64,000 bases of DNA, from NCBI RefSeq assembly GCF_001194135.2, contig NC_068983.1:108815601-108879600 (forward strand). Reading direction: 5' to 3'. Each line of letters begins with the position of its first letter. The first letter of the stretch is position 1. Under the pieces are notes generated by a model. It was not told the origin of the DNA and ran no database searches. It saw nothing but the letters and a program-made list of their open reading frames with translations. The stretch comes from Octopus bimaculoides. Taxonomy: Eukaryota. Positions 13,895 through 27,592 of this stretch are shown piece after piece. The position numbers and the translations under genes were made by a program.

Positions 13895-14110
13895 TACTTG
13901 TTTCAGTCATTTGACTGTGGCTATGCTGGAGCATCACCTTAAGGGGTTTTAGTCCAACAGTCGATCACAGGACTTATTCTTTGTAAGCCTAGTACTTATT
14001 TTATCAGTCTTTTTTGCTAAACTGCTAAGTTATGGGGACATAAGCACACCAACATTGGTTGTGAAGTGACGGTGGTGGGGGTACAAACACAAAGACACAC
14101 ACATAAATAC
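13895..14110 (-). mobile_element. SINE family B, 3' half
   Basis: cttgtttcagtcatttgactgtggctatgctggagc...aaactgctaagttatgggg...acaaacacaaagacac is the reverse complement of the family B tail. Confidence 0.85.
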
Positions 14111-14274
14111 ACACAGTGCAATTCCTAAAATTATGTTTTGCAGTATGTAATACCAGTATGTATATATGTATGCACATACATATGTACATACATACACATG
14201 TACTACAGACATATCTATATACATAGGTACATACACACAAGCGTTATCCATTTACTATACAAGAACAGGAAATT

Positions 14275-14948
14275 GCTACAAAATACCTAATAAACAAAAG
14301 AGACAGTGAAGTCCTTGGAATTTCAAGCTGCAACCAAAAGTGTAGCCTATGCCATATTTCTATGGAAGACATCACACATGTGATTAGCAGATGCCCCAAA
14401 ACATCATTAAGGTACTACTTCCTGATGCTACACAACATTGTTGCAAAAACAATATACAAGGCCATTCAGAAAAAGAAACAAAACAAAAGATACTGTCCTT
14501 GAATAAATATAGAGAATCCTCCTGTTATTGAATACATACTCAAACATCAACACAAGGAAAACTGGTGGAACATTCCCATCAAAACATCTGACAAATGTAA
14601 ACATAACTGGTCTGATATTGCTGTTTGAAACAGACAAGAAAAAGTGTGTTCTGTCATAGAGGTCAGCTGTCCTGCTGATGTGAAAACCTCTTTGAAAAAT
14701 TTAAGAGAAAGAGAATAACTATGAACAACTGCTTTAAAACCTCCAGCTTCTAAACCCAGATTGCAAATTCACATTTATAGCAATAATAATTGTAGCTCTT
14801 GGTTTTATGAGTAAATGCCTAAATGACAATCTGGATAAACTAGGTTTTTCAGAAAAAAAAAATCGACCAACTAACACACATATTACAAATACAATCTGTA
14901 AGTGGGACAGTAAAAGCATGCAAAACTTTTCTCAAGTTTAAAATATGA
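14275..14948 (+). mobile_element. R4/Dong-type (R2 group) LINE, 3' end: CCHC knuckle and restriction-like endonuclease
   Basis: CSLCHISMEDITHVISRCP (C-x2-C-x8-H-x4-C), WWNIPIKTS, KHNWSD (RPD-like), IEVSCPAD, KE-NNYEQL, LGFS, GTVKACKTFLKFKI-stop; several stops. Confidence 0.85.
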
Positions 14949-15384
14949 AATTGTTTTAGTTCCAACGATGGAGCTGTGTATCTGTTAGAAACCAGTTCCT
15001 TCCTCAAAGGAAGACTTTAACTACTTAAGAACAGAAGAGAATGAACAACTGGCCAAATTAGTGAGCGAACATAAATACATACATATACTGCAACGGTCAT
15101 TGTAATAGTAATCAGTTATATATCAGTGAAATAAGACCTTAAAATTTTTCAAGCAAAGATAAATTTGGATTTGAATTCCTCTCTCAAAGTGAGAGTATTC
15201 TCTACCAAAGTAAACAAAAGACCAACAGAGACAGTATTAAAGGTCGTTAATGAAATTGGAGGTGTGTATTTACAGCAGTGTAATTAACCCTCATTCTGGC
15301 TGATTAATGCCTGTCTGTATGCCTTGCTTACTACTAGAAGGCAGTACATGACTGATACTCAAAATGTAATCAACATAAATCAGG

Positions 15385-15654
15385 TGTCAACATAAAGCTA
15401 AAGATTAGTGAAAAAAGAAAATACTTATGCTGAATTAGTGAGAAACTTCCACTTACTCTACTTGCAATGCAAGGTCAGATTTATACCTGTATTTACTGGG
15501 ACACTGAGGTATGTAACAGACTGCCTAAGCATCACTCTTGAGAAATTAGGCTTCTCAAAACCAGAAAGAAGAAAACTAATTCGATGACTTCAGATTCAAG
15601 TCATCAATGAAACTGAAAAAAATTTGTAAAACTTTTCAGAAGTTTAGCATTTGA
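15385..15654 (+). mobile_element. Second R4/Dong-type LINE 3' fragment
   Basis: VNIKLKISEK.ENTYAELVRN...RFIPV.TG.L.YVTDCL..TLEKLGFSKPERRKLIR.LQIQ...KICKTFQKFSI-stop; paralogous to 14690-14948. Confidence 0.8.
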
Positions 15655-15984
15655 GTCTATATGCACATGTCTAGACATACACCCATATGCCTGAGAACAC
15701 ATGCATAAAACAAAACATACAAATTTATTCATGCATAAACTCCAGATACTGCACACATACATGCATGCATACACAACTACCCTGTTGATGTTGAAATTCC
15801 AATGAAGATGCCTAGGATCTAGGATAGAAACCAGCTCTTTCTCTATTGACATAAAATTCTGAAATAAAGCTGAATAGTAATATACATACAAAATCAATCA
15901 ATCAATCAATCAATCAATCTATCTGTCAATCTATCTATATCCATCTGTGTGTGTGTATGTGTGTGTGTAAGTTTGTAAGTATAT

Positions 15985-16112
15985 GTAGTGGTTTGGCAAA
16001 AGAAACTGATAGAGTAAGTACAAGATTATTAAAAGAAAAACAAGTACTACATTAATACATTTAGCTAAATCCCTCTAAAATGATTCCCCAGCATGACTGC
16101 AGTTAAAGGACG
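15985..16112 (+). mobile_element. SINE family B tail fragment
   Basis: gtggtttggcaaaagaaactgatagagtaagtac...ccccagcatgactgcagt matches 17570-17670. Confidence 0.6.
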
Positions 16113-16151
16113 AATGGTTAGATGGATGGGTACACACACACATACACACAC

Positions 16152-16191
<40 letters not shown>

Positions 16192-16830
16192 GCATATACA
16201 TATGTATGTATGTGAGTGTGTTTGTGTGTATGATGCATATGTGTATGTATGTAAATGAAGGAAGGATCAGAAGGAAAAGTATGTTCTATACACACTCACA
16301 CAAACATTCAAACACAAACACACACACACAATGCATTCATACATATTATATAATTCTTATATCTCTGAATGCCATGCATATGTCTTACTACAGAATGTTT
16401 TTTCAAATTTTATATCCTCTCATTCACTTATTTCCTCATACTTTTTGTTTTCTTAGAAAGGAATTTACCTGAAATTTTAGCTATTTCTCTTTCACACAGT
16501 AATATAACAGACCACAATTTATTCTTGTTTTGCTCAGTGAAATTTACTTGTACTACACTCATTTGTCTTTCTGAACTTTACCACTAGTCATCTGATTCAA
16601 GATATAGTAGCCTAAGTTTGCTATATTTTGCTTAGGGAATTGAATTTTGCTGTTCAACTGAAGTGGGAATGATAGCTATTATTTTGAAGTTAGACAGTGT
16701 ATAAAAAGTCCATAAGCTTCACATAGAAGTTATTCAAACTAATGGATACTAAAATCTTGTTTTAGTAATTCAACATTATGCCTGCTCAGTAAATTTCCAT
16801 TTCTTTTTTTCGCCACTCTTTCTTTTGTAG

Positions 16831-16919
16831 AAAGAGAAAGAAAATGAAAGAGGAAAAAAGAGTAGAAGAGACAGTTGATTATGTTGCCACTATGTTTATT
16901 ATACAAATTAAGCATTTCT
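16831..16919 (+). CDS. Candidate coding exon (phase 2 to 1)
   Basis: Very strong acceptor ctctttcttttgtAG; frame KRKKMKEEKRVEETVDYVATMFIIQIKHF, in phase with 13462. The donor GTAAAG is weak. Confidence 0.4.
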
Positions 16920-17310
16920 GTAAAGTCATGCAGATTTCATGGAATTAACGGTAATGAAGTTTTAAGTAAAGCTAATTCAGTTATTTTCAACACATACTCA
17001 CAAGATATTACGAAGGATTCAAAAAGAATCCTTGGCAATATCTTGAATATTCAATGAAGGTTATTGAGTTCATAATACTCTTTCAGATATGACATTACAC
17101 ATCATCATCACACTCAAGATATGGAAGATCTCAGGATTGATTCAACAGAATAGTTGCTGGAAAAAGATATTTTAATAGAACTGATATGAAGTATGAAAGC
17201 AAAGAACTGGGTGGCCTATGACAGACTATTCTAAATCTAACGAATTGGAAAGTACAAGAAGATAGTAAGAAAGTACAATACTAAATCAACTTTATCTTAA
17301 AAATGCTAGA

Positions 17311-17695
17311 CATAGGCGCAAGAACGGCTGTGTGGTAAGACACTTGCTTCCCAACCACATGGTTCTGGGTTCAGTCTCACTGGATGGCACCTTGAGCAAG
17401 TGTCTTCTACTGTAGCCTTGGGCTGACCAAAGCCTTGTCAGTGGATTTGGTAGACAGAAACTGAAAGAAGCCCGTTGTATGTATGTATGTATTTGTGTGT
17501 CTGGGTTTGTCCCCATGCCACTGCTTTACAACTGATGTTGGTGTGTTTGTGTACCCGTAACCTAGCAGTTTGGCAAAAGAGACTGATAGAATAAGCACTA
17601 GGCTTACAAAAAATAAGTCCTGGGGTTGATTTTTTCAAGTAAAGGTGGTGCTCCAGCATGGCTGCAGTCAAATGACTGAAACAAGTAAAAGAATA
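17311..17695 (+). mobile_element. tRNA-derived SINE family B, full length, internal (TATG)n
   Basis: A-box-like ggctgtgtggt, B-box gggttcagtct, body accttgagcaagtgtcttc, tail aatgactgaaacaagtaaaag. Confidence 0.9.
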
Positions 17696-18527
17696 TACAG
17701 TTGCCAAGTGTCCATTTGCTTTAAGTAATAACAAGCTTAACCCTTTACATATATTAATTAATTTTCAAGCATATCACTGACTACAAAGAAAAATCCAAAA
17801 TTAATAATATTCTAATATTGAATTTTTAAATAATTGTATGATAATCAAATTAGTTTATTGACAACTTCTATGACTTTACTTTGTTCCAGTAAATCACTTG
17901 TTAATGACACAAATTCTTAAAAGGTTAAAGGCATCTATACATGTATATATTTTGTTACTGGCCGCCACACATAATGGACCCATTTTCCTTATGTTGGTTT
18001 AATTTAATAGATATATTTTAATTTAACCTATTTTAAATGTTTTGCGTTTAACTTCAATTTTATTGATTCTCACTCAGTGCTTTGGTGTGTTGCTTCATTT
18101 TTATGTTATTTTCCGTTAAATAAGAATATTGCAATTACAAAAGTGATTTGGTTAAAATTCTGATGGCCTTTTTTATCATTGGGATGAACGCTTTTGCTTA
18201 TGCTGGCAATTTAGTATTAACCCAATCCCTAGTAAACTGGTGTAAACACAGGCAAATTCCTACCAGCATATTTCTTCTTGTAGTAATGTTAAGAAAAACG
18301 GACTTTTCAATTGTCAGACTATCAAGGGGTAGAATATACTGCTATTACTAAATCAGTGTTTTAAGCAAATGTGGCTGCTATTATTGATTTTCCCGTTTCG
18401 TTCTTTCTTTCTAATTTTGTTTTTCAGAAATTGTGATTGTCACATGACTGAATAATACAGTTCTTTTGTTTGTATATTTTTTTCTAATAGTTTTGAATGC
18501 ACACATAAGCAAAGCTGATTCTCAACA

Positions 18528-18530
<3 letters not shown>

Positions 18531-18571
<41 letters not shown>

Positions 18572-18600
18572 AGAGGGAGGGAGGGAGCGAGAGAAAGGGA
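18531..18600. repeat. (GA)n / G-rich purine microsatellite
   Basis: Direct reading. Confidence 0.85.
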
Positions 18601-19290
18601 GGGGTGACAGAGTATATGTGCATGTGATTGAGGGGAGACAGAGAGCGAAATAGAAAAGGTTGTAGCATATTGGAAACGTCTAAAAATAATATCTAACAGC
18701 CTTATATTCTTTGGTAAGTTTTTTCTAACAGGTAATAATGATTTTTAAATGCTGTTTGAGCTGATTAATGTAAGCTGTGGAATAGAGTGAGTCAAATGTA
18801 ACATCACCATGGCCATTGTTATAGATTTTATTGTCATTGTCATCATCATCATTACCATTGTCATAGCCGTTACTGTTTCTTTTCCTTCTTCCCTCCAACA
18901 CCACCACTTCCATCTCCACTTTCTCCGCTTCCTTATCTTCTTTCTTGTCCTCCATTTTCCTCTTCCTTCTCCTCTTCCTCCTTCAATACATTATTTTTGG
19001 ATTTGTCTTTTATCTCCTATCTTGACTAATATCTGTAGCAATACTTGACTCCTGGTTATTTATTTCATAGAAATAGCATGAATATTTATCTTGGTGTATC
19101 ACTTTTCTGAGTTCAAATCCTATGAGTAGGGTGACCAGTCTCACTCACAAATGATCAAGAGAAAGCTATCCTTAAAATGTCGAGTAGAGGTGGCAAAGAA
19201 CTGATATAAGATGAAAACAATGCTTACATAGTCTTCATGTTATATGAGTTCCTTTCAGTTTGGTCGGATCAATGCTTTTGTAATGATATA

Positions 19291-20240
19291 TCATCATCAT
19301 CATTATTTAACAGCCATGGGCAGGACGTTTTGATAGGATCCAACGTCTCCAAAAACTATCATGTTTCACTTTCTACTTTGACATGCTTTTTATGGCTATA
19401 TTCCTTTCCAAATGCCAACCATTTTACACTGGATGGTTTTTCATGCTACCAGCACAACTAGCTGCCATGCAGTTTACAAGACTATGAAACCCAAGAGAAG
19501 TGGTTTTATGCAAGGAGACGAAGGGTGAAAATATGGAAGAAGGGGTTAAAGCAGAAAAGGTTTTCTTGTGGTAGAGGCATTAAATGGCGATAGATATTTT
19601 AGATGAGAAACTTGGCAGGGATCATGTGGAGCAGGGAAAAGATAAGATAGTAGTAGTGAGGTATGTGGGTGGACCTTCAAGGTATGATGTGAGTAAAAGT
19701 GAGTGGGACAGAAGAACCAAGACTGCAGGTGCGTAAAGGTTACAGAGAGATCAGGAATGAATGATGGGGTGGTTATAATGAATGAATAACAAGTGCTGAG
19801 GGATGGTAAATAGAGGATCTAGGGAAGAATAGGTGGCAACTGTAGTGACTGGGTAGCGTTAAGGGGTGAATGTAGTGACTGGTGAATAAGGAGCAAAGAG
19901 ATGACTGATGCTGCATGAGTCTTTGGAGCAGCAGAATAGTAATGAAGATACAGTAGACATGGGATGGATGAGAGAGAGAGAAAGATGGCATGAAGTTGGC
20001 CAGGTTGTAAGAGTGTAGGGAGAGAGAGAGAGAGAGAGAGGCAGACATGGTGCACAGGAAGAATGAGAAATGTATTGTGGTTCATGGAAGTGATCAATAT
20101 AAAATGTGGGTGGGGAAGACAGAATAAAGGTGAGGAATGAATATCAAGCAAGATCGTTCTGGATAGTGAGTAAGATTAGTGGTATCAAGGAAAATCTGCA
20201 GCTAGAAAGATAATGCTGGGGACATCTTGAGAAGGAAGTT
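19291..20240 (-). mobile_element. RTE-type 3' UTR and tail, minus strand
   Basis: catcatcatcattatttaacagccatggg... is the reverse tail; the purine-rich body shares gcataaa.ccacttctct with 2015-2035. Confidence 0.6.
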
Positions 20241-20269
20241 GGGCAAAGGGCCCAGTTGTGCATATGTAG

Positions 20270-20301
<32 letters not shown>

Positions 20302-21916
20302 ATGTGCGTGCACATACACACACACACACATACATACAACCCTTCCAGATATTAGTTTTGCTGAGTTGGGCAGGTCTATAGCATCCATTTTGGATTAAAA
20401 GAGTAGAAGAATCATTTCCCCTGATGATAATATTATCATTGATATTTTAAAATACTCTTATACCCTATTATTTATGAGGCATGCCAACTACTCCACTCAA
20501 AGTAATGACTTATGAAAATGAAATAATTAAATTAACTTTCCTTATTAACACACTATTGATAAACTACATAATAAAATATTTGTATTCAATTGTTGGTTAT
20601 CAATATTACTGATAAAAGCAGTGTATAGGAAAAATTTAACCACTCTTGTAAGTTATCATTTTCCATTAAGATTATGAATTATAGAATAGTAACTATATTT
20701 TAATGTCTGTTTGTAATAATTTTGTTGTGATAGGCAAAATGCCTTGAGAAATTTTGTTGCATACTTTTTATAGTCTGATTTCAAATTTTACCTGGTTGAC
20801 TTGTCTTTTATCCTTCTAAGTTAGATAAACTAAGTATTTGTCAAGTACTGTAGTTAATACAAGTGACTATATCTTTCCATGCATTATACCTAAGCTAGAA
20901 ATAAACATTATCGATAAGAAAGAGTGGTGGGTTGGTATTATATAACAGCGTAGGTGTTTAGATACTTTATTTGCATCAACTTAAATTTTGAGTTTAATTC
21001 ATGCCAAGTTAGATTTTGCCATTCATACTACCTGGATCGATAAAATAAATACCAATCAAATAGCAGATTCAGCGAACTTAAAATTTGTGGATTTATGCCA
21101 AATTCAAAAATCTATATTGATAATGAGTATAAAATATATTTTAGAACTTTTAAAAAAACCTATTTCAAAGAATAGAGATTGGGTAAAAAGGTAGGAAAAT
21201 TGAGAGCAATAATTAAACAATATTGTTCAGTATTTAGAAAAGTTATCAGCTATTTTATAAAAAGGAGAATATTTCTTCTGTTATTTAAATACTTATTTTT
21301 CTTCAATTCATTCTGCCTACCACGAGATATAATTTTAATTTTAACCAAGTAATGTGGTAATGCAAATTGTTTCAGAGTCCCACAGTGAATTTTGTATTGC
21401 TATATCTATGGTGAAGACATCTTTATGATTTAACTTAGTCTTGAAAATTGTTATTAATTTTATATCATGTAGCAAAATTGCAATGATCATGTTTGTTAGC
21501 ATGAAAAATGACATATGAAGCATAATAAAAATATTGATTTCTTAGAAGCAGCTTAATGCCATGGTAACAGAAATACAATTCTAAAAATGAATTTTAATAA
21601 TCACTATTTCAAATTTGCTTTATTGTATACAACAAACGGAACCATTATAATCAAACATTAAAATATAATTAAAATTTAATAATATAATTCATGACTTTAA
21701 CAAGAAATGATAATTTGCAGGAGTGGTTAATATTTTGATATTAAAATGTCAACTATTATCTTTGTAAACTGAAATGTAGAATTATAATTTTAGGGTTTTT
21801 GTACCAAATAGCAAACCAACAAATATTAAATAAAATTAATATTTCTCCTGTTTTACAACCATATTCCAATTTAAATATGAATAGATTTGTTTTCTATTGT
21901 ATATATACTTTTACAG

Positions 21917-21955
21917 CTGGATGCTGTCCTTACTGCTAACACCTCAGCCATAAAA
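21917..21955 (+). CDS. Candidate 39-nt symmetric exon (phase 0 to 0)
   Basis: Acceptor tatacttttacAG, donor GTAAGG; only open frame LDAVLTANTSAIK. Confidence 0.45.
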
Positions 21956-22094
21956 GTAAGGATGAAACTTGCGATTAATGGCATTTTTTAGTCAAACATT
22001 GATATGTGCCTTGTCTATCTAGACAAAATATATGACAACACTGTGTCTATAATAAATTTTAAATTTATTACATTGTGGTCAGTGTACAGCAAAC

Positions 22095-23151
22095 TTGCCC
22101 TTGCGCCATTGCTGCGAAAGCTGAGTGGCATCATGATGAATTCAGGAGGTGGAGGATTGGTTACAGCGTACACGGACGACATCCCTATCATCGTGACCAA
22201 GATGGAACACCTACAGAAAGTAGGTGAAACCATCAAGGTTTACAAGACAGTGGCAGGAGCAAAAATTAATTGGGAAAAATCAGTTAGCTTGCAACTTGGC
22301 ATCTGGAGGAACAAGTCGATACCTTCAAATAGCGTTGTGGGATGCTGGACGGAGGGCCTGGCATCGTTTACCACCTAACTGTCGCTTCTTGTCCAGATTC
22401 GTGGTTGAGCAAGTTGGAGAGGCAAATCTTTTGCTTTTTGTGGAAGAACTCCGCTCCACTAGTAAGACGTTCTATTTGCTGTCAAATGCCATTAAAGGGT
22501 AGGTTAGGGATGCCTTGGCTGTTGATGCCCAAAAATGCGATGAGGTTGAGGCCTCTCTGACTCTATCTGGATGGTGAATGGGTGTGGTCTCCGCTCGCTA
22601 GACGGATGTTCCTCAGCTTTACTAGTTTTGGTGGTAGTGAAAACTGGTTTCGTCGAAGATCGAGGTTAGGTGTCTAGTATATGGAGTGCTGCAAGGCTCT
22701 CCTCCAGTTCCGCAACTCTGGCAACACCAGCGGTTTTGGTACCACTGCGGCTTACTATAGTAGGTTGGTAGAGGCTGGAAATGATGATGCCTTGGGAAGG
22801 ACCCTGGGTCTCGATGGTAATCAGTAAGACAGCCTGTTCCGAAGAACATTCAGGCCGATGACACTGGATAACTTCCAAACGTCTTTGGCCTGGCAGTGTT
22901 ACTGAGGAGCCCTACCCATTCGGGATAAGCTCACCAGACACAGCCACCCTGGGCCGTCGGCTTGTCCAAGATGCAAGCAGGACGTGGAAACCGTCCTGCA
23001 CGCTATTGTTCAGCATCCGGGTGTATCAGAAATGTGGACTTATGCAGAACACTTGTTGTCAGATGGAAGAAGAGTACAGCTATCGTCTGAGTCAATTCTA
23101 AAAATTAACCCACCGGACTTCCTTACGGAAGAAGGTAAGAATTGTTTTCTC

Positions 23152-23206
<55 letters not shown>

Positions 23207-23545
23207 CAATTGCTAGCGAGGTGATATAGAAGTTGAGAATGAAAGGTATTGTGATAGAAAACCTTTGTCTCCGGCCTCCCTCTGGTGAATGTTTTTACTT
23301 TTCACCTGAAAAGGAAGGTGGAGCTGGAAAAGAGGTGTCTGTCAGTGAGTATGTTCAAAAACAGATGGACGTGTGTAGCACGTATGTTGGGAGTAAAAGG
23401 CCCTGCATAAGCACATCATAGAGATTACCAAGGTGTCAGTTGAGAAGACAGGGCTCGTGGGGTCAGAGCATTCCTGTCTTTTAAACCCCATATTGTCTTT
23501 CACTGTATGTAATTGTCTTTTGTGTCTCATTCGATTTTTCATTTT
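22095..23545 (+). mobile_element. 5'-truncated L1/Tx1-clade LINE (RT C-terminus and zinc finger), decayed
   Basis: ALAPLLRKL...AYTDDIPIIV (YADD), GAKINWEKS, FCFLWK..PLVRR..C..PLKGRLGMP, LPIRDKL...CPRCKQDVETVLHA; frameshifts; internal (GTA)n at 23151-23205. Confidence 0.85.
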
Positions 23546-23614
23546 GTCATTTTAAATTTTTATTACCATTTGATTGTATATGACCTCCAGATCATATTGT
23601 ATTGTCCCCTCTAT

Positions 23615-24633
23615 GTGCGTTTGTAATAGGTAATTAAATAAAACCAACGAAACATTTGGTGAGGAAATGACCAGTGAGTGGTCAACTCGAAAATGGTTTA
23701 AATGATTTCGCTCTGGCGACCTGAGACTTGAAGATCGTGTGTCTAGTGAATGCCTGTCTGTCATCAATGATGGTCAATTAAAGACTATCATTGAGAAGGA
23801 TCCATGCAAAACCACTCGCGAACTTGCAAAAGAACTTCAAGTTAGCCAGAAAAGGGCCTGCATCCATTTGCATGCGATCGGAAAACCAGAAAAAGCTTTG
23901 AATGAAAATCAGGAAATGCACAGGTATGAAATTTGCTCGTCGTTTCTTCCCCATAACCAGACCAATTCATGCCTTGACCGGATTGTAACTTGCAATGAAG
24001 AGTGGACCCTGTACAATAAGAAAAAACGTTCTTCACAGTGGTTGGACCAAAATGAAGCACCAAAAACCTTCCCTGAACCCGAGCTCTTCAAAATGAAGGT
24101 CATGGTAACTGTTTGGTGGTGTACTGCTAGACTCACCTACTATAACTTCTTAAAACTCAGAAAAACCATTACTGCAGAAACATTTTGCCATGCAATTGCC
24201 AAAATGAACGAAAAAATGCTACTCCTCCATCCCAGACTGGTCAACAGAAGAGAGCCAATCATTCTTCATGACAATGCTCGACCACGTTTCACTAAAGACG
24301 CTCCAGAAATTGAAGGAACTTGGCTACGAAGTTCTTCCCCACCCAGCTTATTCCCCCAGACCTTTCTCCTACTGACTATCGCTTTTTCAAGCACCTTCAT
24401 GCTTTCTGCAAGAGGAGGAATTAAAAAAATCAAACCGATGCTAAAAGTGTGTTCAAATTGTCCATCAGCTCCAGAACTCCACATTTTTATGTTACAGGAA
24501 TAAACAAACTTGTAACTTACTGGCAAAAATGTGTTAATTGTAATGGTACTTACTTTGATAAATGAAATTTCTGCTTTGTTGAAATACATTGTGATGAATT
24601 TCAAGTTTCAAAACGTTGCTCAGCCTGATATAC
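23615..24633 (+). pseudogene. Mariner (D,D34D) transposase relic, Hsmar1/cecropia-like, 5'-truncated
   Basis: TFGE...WF..FRSGDL.LED, IIEKDPCKTTRELA, LDRIVTCNEEW (first catalytic D to N), KVMVTVWW, ILHDNARP, frameshifted YSPDLSPTDY, TGINKLVTYWQKCVNCNGTYFDK-stop (24565); decayed 3' TIR near 24620-24633. Confidence 0.92.
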
Positions 24634-25257
24634 AACTAAATAAAGCATCAGAAGACTGCTTAAACTGAATTGCATATTCTTTTGATACATTGTTCTGTTC
24701 TTTTAAATACGTTATTTCATTCTTCCTGCCTAAAGCTTCATACCTAATTAAGAATCCTCAGTTTAGAAATCCATAGCTACTACTACAGCATTTATCATTA
24801 AACTCAGAATACAATCAACTTGTGCTTGATAAAACCCTTGCTAATAAGGTAGTTATTTTTAGTAACGTTAGTGGCAGTAATAGAGCAGTAAAATAGCAAA
24901 GGTGAAAGTGAGGTTTCAAGTAGTTACATCTGTTCTTAGCACTAAGCATGACTTGAGCCAACAAAGGAACTCCTCTCAGTAATATTCAACAGTTTCTTAA
25001 TGATTTCCCTCTATCTTAAAAAATAATACGTTCCCCTATGTAATGCCAGATTTACAATAAAGGCAGGATGGTCAAAGTTAGAATGCCTTTGATTATTGGT
25101 TAGCTCAATTAAAGCTCAAACAATTATAACAGCAGCATCCACCACCAACAACAACAATAGCTGCTGTTGCTACTAGAAATAATTAAAACAGCTATAAAAC
25201 ATATTAGTATTTAGATGTTTTAATCAATTACTGTTAAATTTAGTTTGCGGTTTCTAG

Positions 25258-25344
25258 TGGAGCTTGAGAAGATCATAAATTTCAAAAGACAAGTTATTCA
25301 AAAGAAGTTTACTTTGTCTAAAACATTTTGTTCAAATCTAAAGA
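25258..25344 (+). CDS. Candidate 87-nt exon (phase 1 to 1)
   Basis: Acceptor tttgcggtttctAG, donor GTAACT; frame ELEKIINFKRQVIQKKFTLSKTFCSNLK. Confidence 0.4.
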
Positions 25345-26751
25345 GTAACTACAATATGTACATTAAAAAGAATTCTGCCATCTGTATCAATCCATATTTC
25401 ATAATATGAAAACAGTAATACTAAAACATTTCTAGTATTATCAACTGAAATTAATCTTTGAAAGAACATTTACACTTTGCATAATGTCATTATGGCATTT
25501 CAAATGAGAAAATCTGAAGTTATTGAATAATTTATTAATAACTCGGTATTTAATAGAGAATTCTGAAATCTCTCAAAGATCTCTAAATTCATTAAAAGTA
25601 TGGAGAATCTTTTCATAACATACTTCATTAAACTAGTTTAATCACTAAATCTTTAAAAATTCTATTGTTCTTTATTAATTAAGTTTAGGTGATTTAAAGT
25701 TAAAAAAATTTCACAAATTTAAAATTACAAGCAGAAAACAAAAACCAAAATATTCCTCTGCTAAAACAAACTGAATTTGTGATACTATGGCTTATCCTGT
25801 TGTCAATCTGATGCTTCTGTAGAATAGAATTACTATTTTAATCTAATTTTTGTAAATCTGCTTTCAAAGTAATCTGATTGCACTGAAGCAAATTTTTTTC
25901 TCTTGAACTCCAGTATCTAAAAGTAAAAGCTAAATAGATTATACACTTGACTAAAAATAATTATCAGGAACTAACCTACTGCTAAATATAAATCTTAAGT
26001 GAAACATACAACTAGTGTGGCACATTTCCTTATGAAATAATTAGAAATGCATTTTATATAAAAACCTTCACTTGCAACAAATGCAGTTTCTAAACACTCC
26101 AATGAAAAGCCTCTCTGATATTTCTGCTGTTCTTGATAAAAAAAAAAAATGGTGAATTTTAATAGAATTTCTCTATCAAATATATTTAATATTGTTTCTT
26201 ATGAAACTATAGACCTTTAAGACCTAGAATTCCAAATATAAAAAGATGCTTATTTGAAAGAAAATACTCTATTTAAAAAATGTCAATATTTCAAATGACT
26301 GCATTCAAAAGAAAAAATTAGAAACATCGGAAACAATGAATAAAAACTACGAATCTCATACAAGCAGATCAGATGAGTTATCCATTATCACATCTGAATT
26401 ATTTGAGTTCATTAGACTGAACATTTAGAAATATAGTTTAAAATAATTAAATTACTGTTGTGACTTCAGAGTTAAGATACTTAAAAGATAGCAGACACTT
26501 CAAGAGATGTCAATACCAATATGACTAAGTGTAAGTAATTCATGGTAAGAAACTCTTTAGCTCAACAGAACCAAAGAAGTTAATTTTTTTAGTGTTTACA
26601 ATAAATAAACATCCACTAATTAATGTGTAATTCTAAGGGTACAAAACCCAAATCACATTAGACAGATTAGAATATGACTGATCCATTGTGCCTCAGAATA
26701 TCACAAACAGTAAATAATAATTGATGAAAAAGTGTAAAAAGCTTGGAGTAG

Positions 26752-26909
26752 TAGGAGCAGGCAAGGCTGTATGTTAAGAAATTTGCTTCCCAGCCACATG
26801 GCTTTGAGTTTAGTCCCACTACATTGCATCTTAGGCAAGTGTCTTCTACTATAGCCTCAGGCTGAATAGAGCTTTATGAACAGATTTGGTAGACGGAAAC
26901 TGAAAGAAG

Positions 26910-26945
<36 letters not shown>

Positions 26946-27302
26946 NNNNNNNNNNNNNNNNNNNNNNNNNNNNNNNNNNNNNNNNNNNNNNNNNNNNNNN
27001 NNNNNNNNNNNNNNNNNNNNNNNNNNNNNNNNNNNNNNNNNNNNNTATATATATATATATATATATATATGTGTATGTATGTACATATCTGTGTGTGCGT
27101 CTGTATTTATCCTCTACCATCACTTGGCAACCAGTGTTGGTTTGTTTGCATCCCTGTAACTTAGCAGCTCAGCAAAAGAGACTAATAGAATAAGTGCCAG
27201 GCCTTAAAAAAAAAAGAACTGGGGTTGATTAGTTCAGTTAAAGACTCTTTAAGGTGGTGCCCCAGCGTAGTTGCAGTCTAATGACTGAAACAAGTAAAAG
27301 AT
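26752..27302 (+). mobile_element. SINE family B with expanded internal (CT)n-gap-(TA)n
   Basis: Same head, body and tail as 17311-17695. Confidence 0.9.
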
Positions 27303-27306
27303 ATAA

Positions 27307-27497
27307 TAGGTGTGGCTGTGTAATAAGAAGCTTGTTTCCTAACCACATGATTTTGGGCTCAGTCCTACTGCATGGCATATTGGACAGGTGTCTTCTGCTA
27401 AGTCTCATGCTACATAAAGCTTTGTGAGTAAACTTGGTTGACAGAAACAAAAAGAGGCCTATTGTGTGTGCGTGTATGTATGTATGTGTGTGCGCGC

Positions 27498-27592
<95 letters not shown>

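Noticed and set aside
18148-18351. ORF with a signal-peptide-like start (MVKILMAFFIIGMNAFAYAG)
   Set aside because: TTG start, no splice support, no homology; typical of random AT-rich ORFs.
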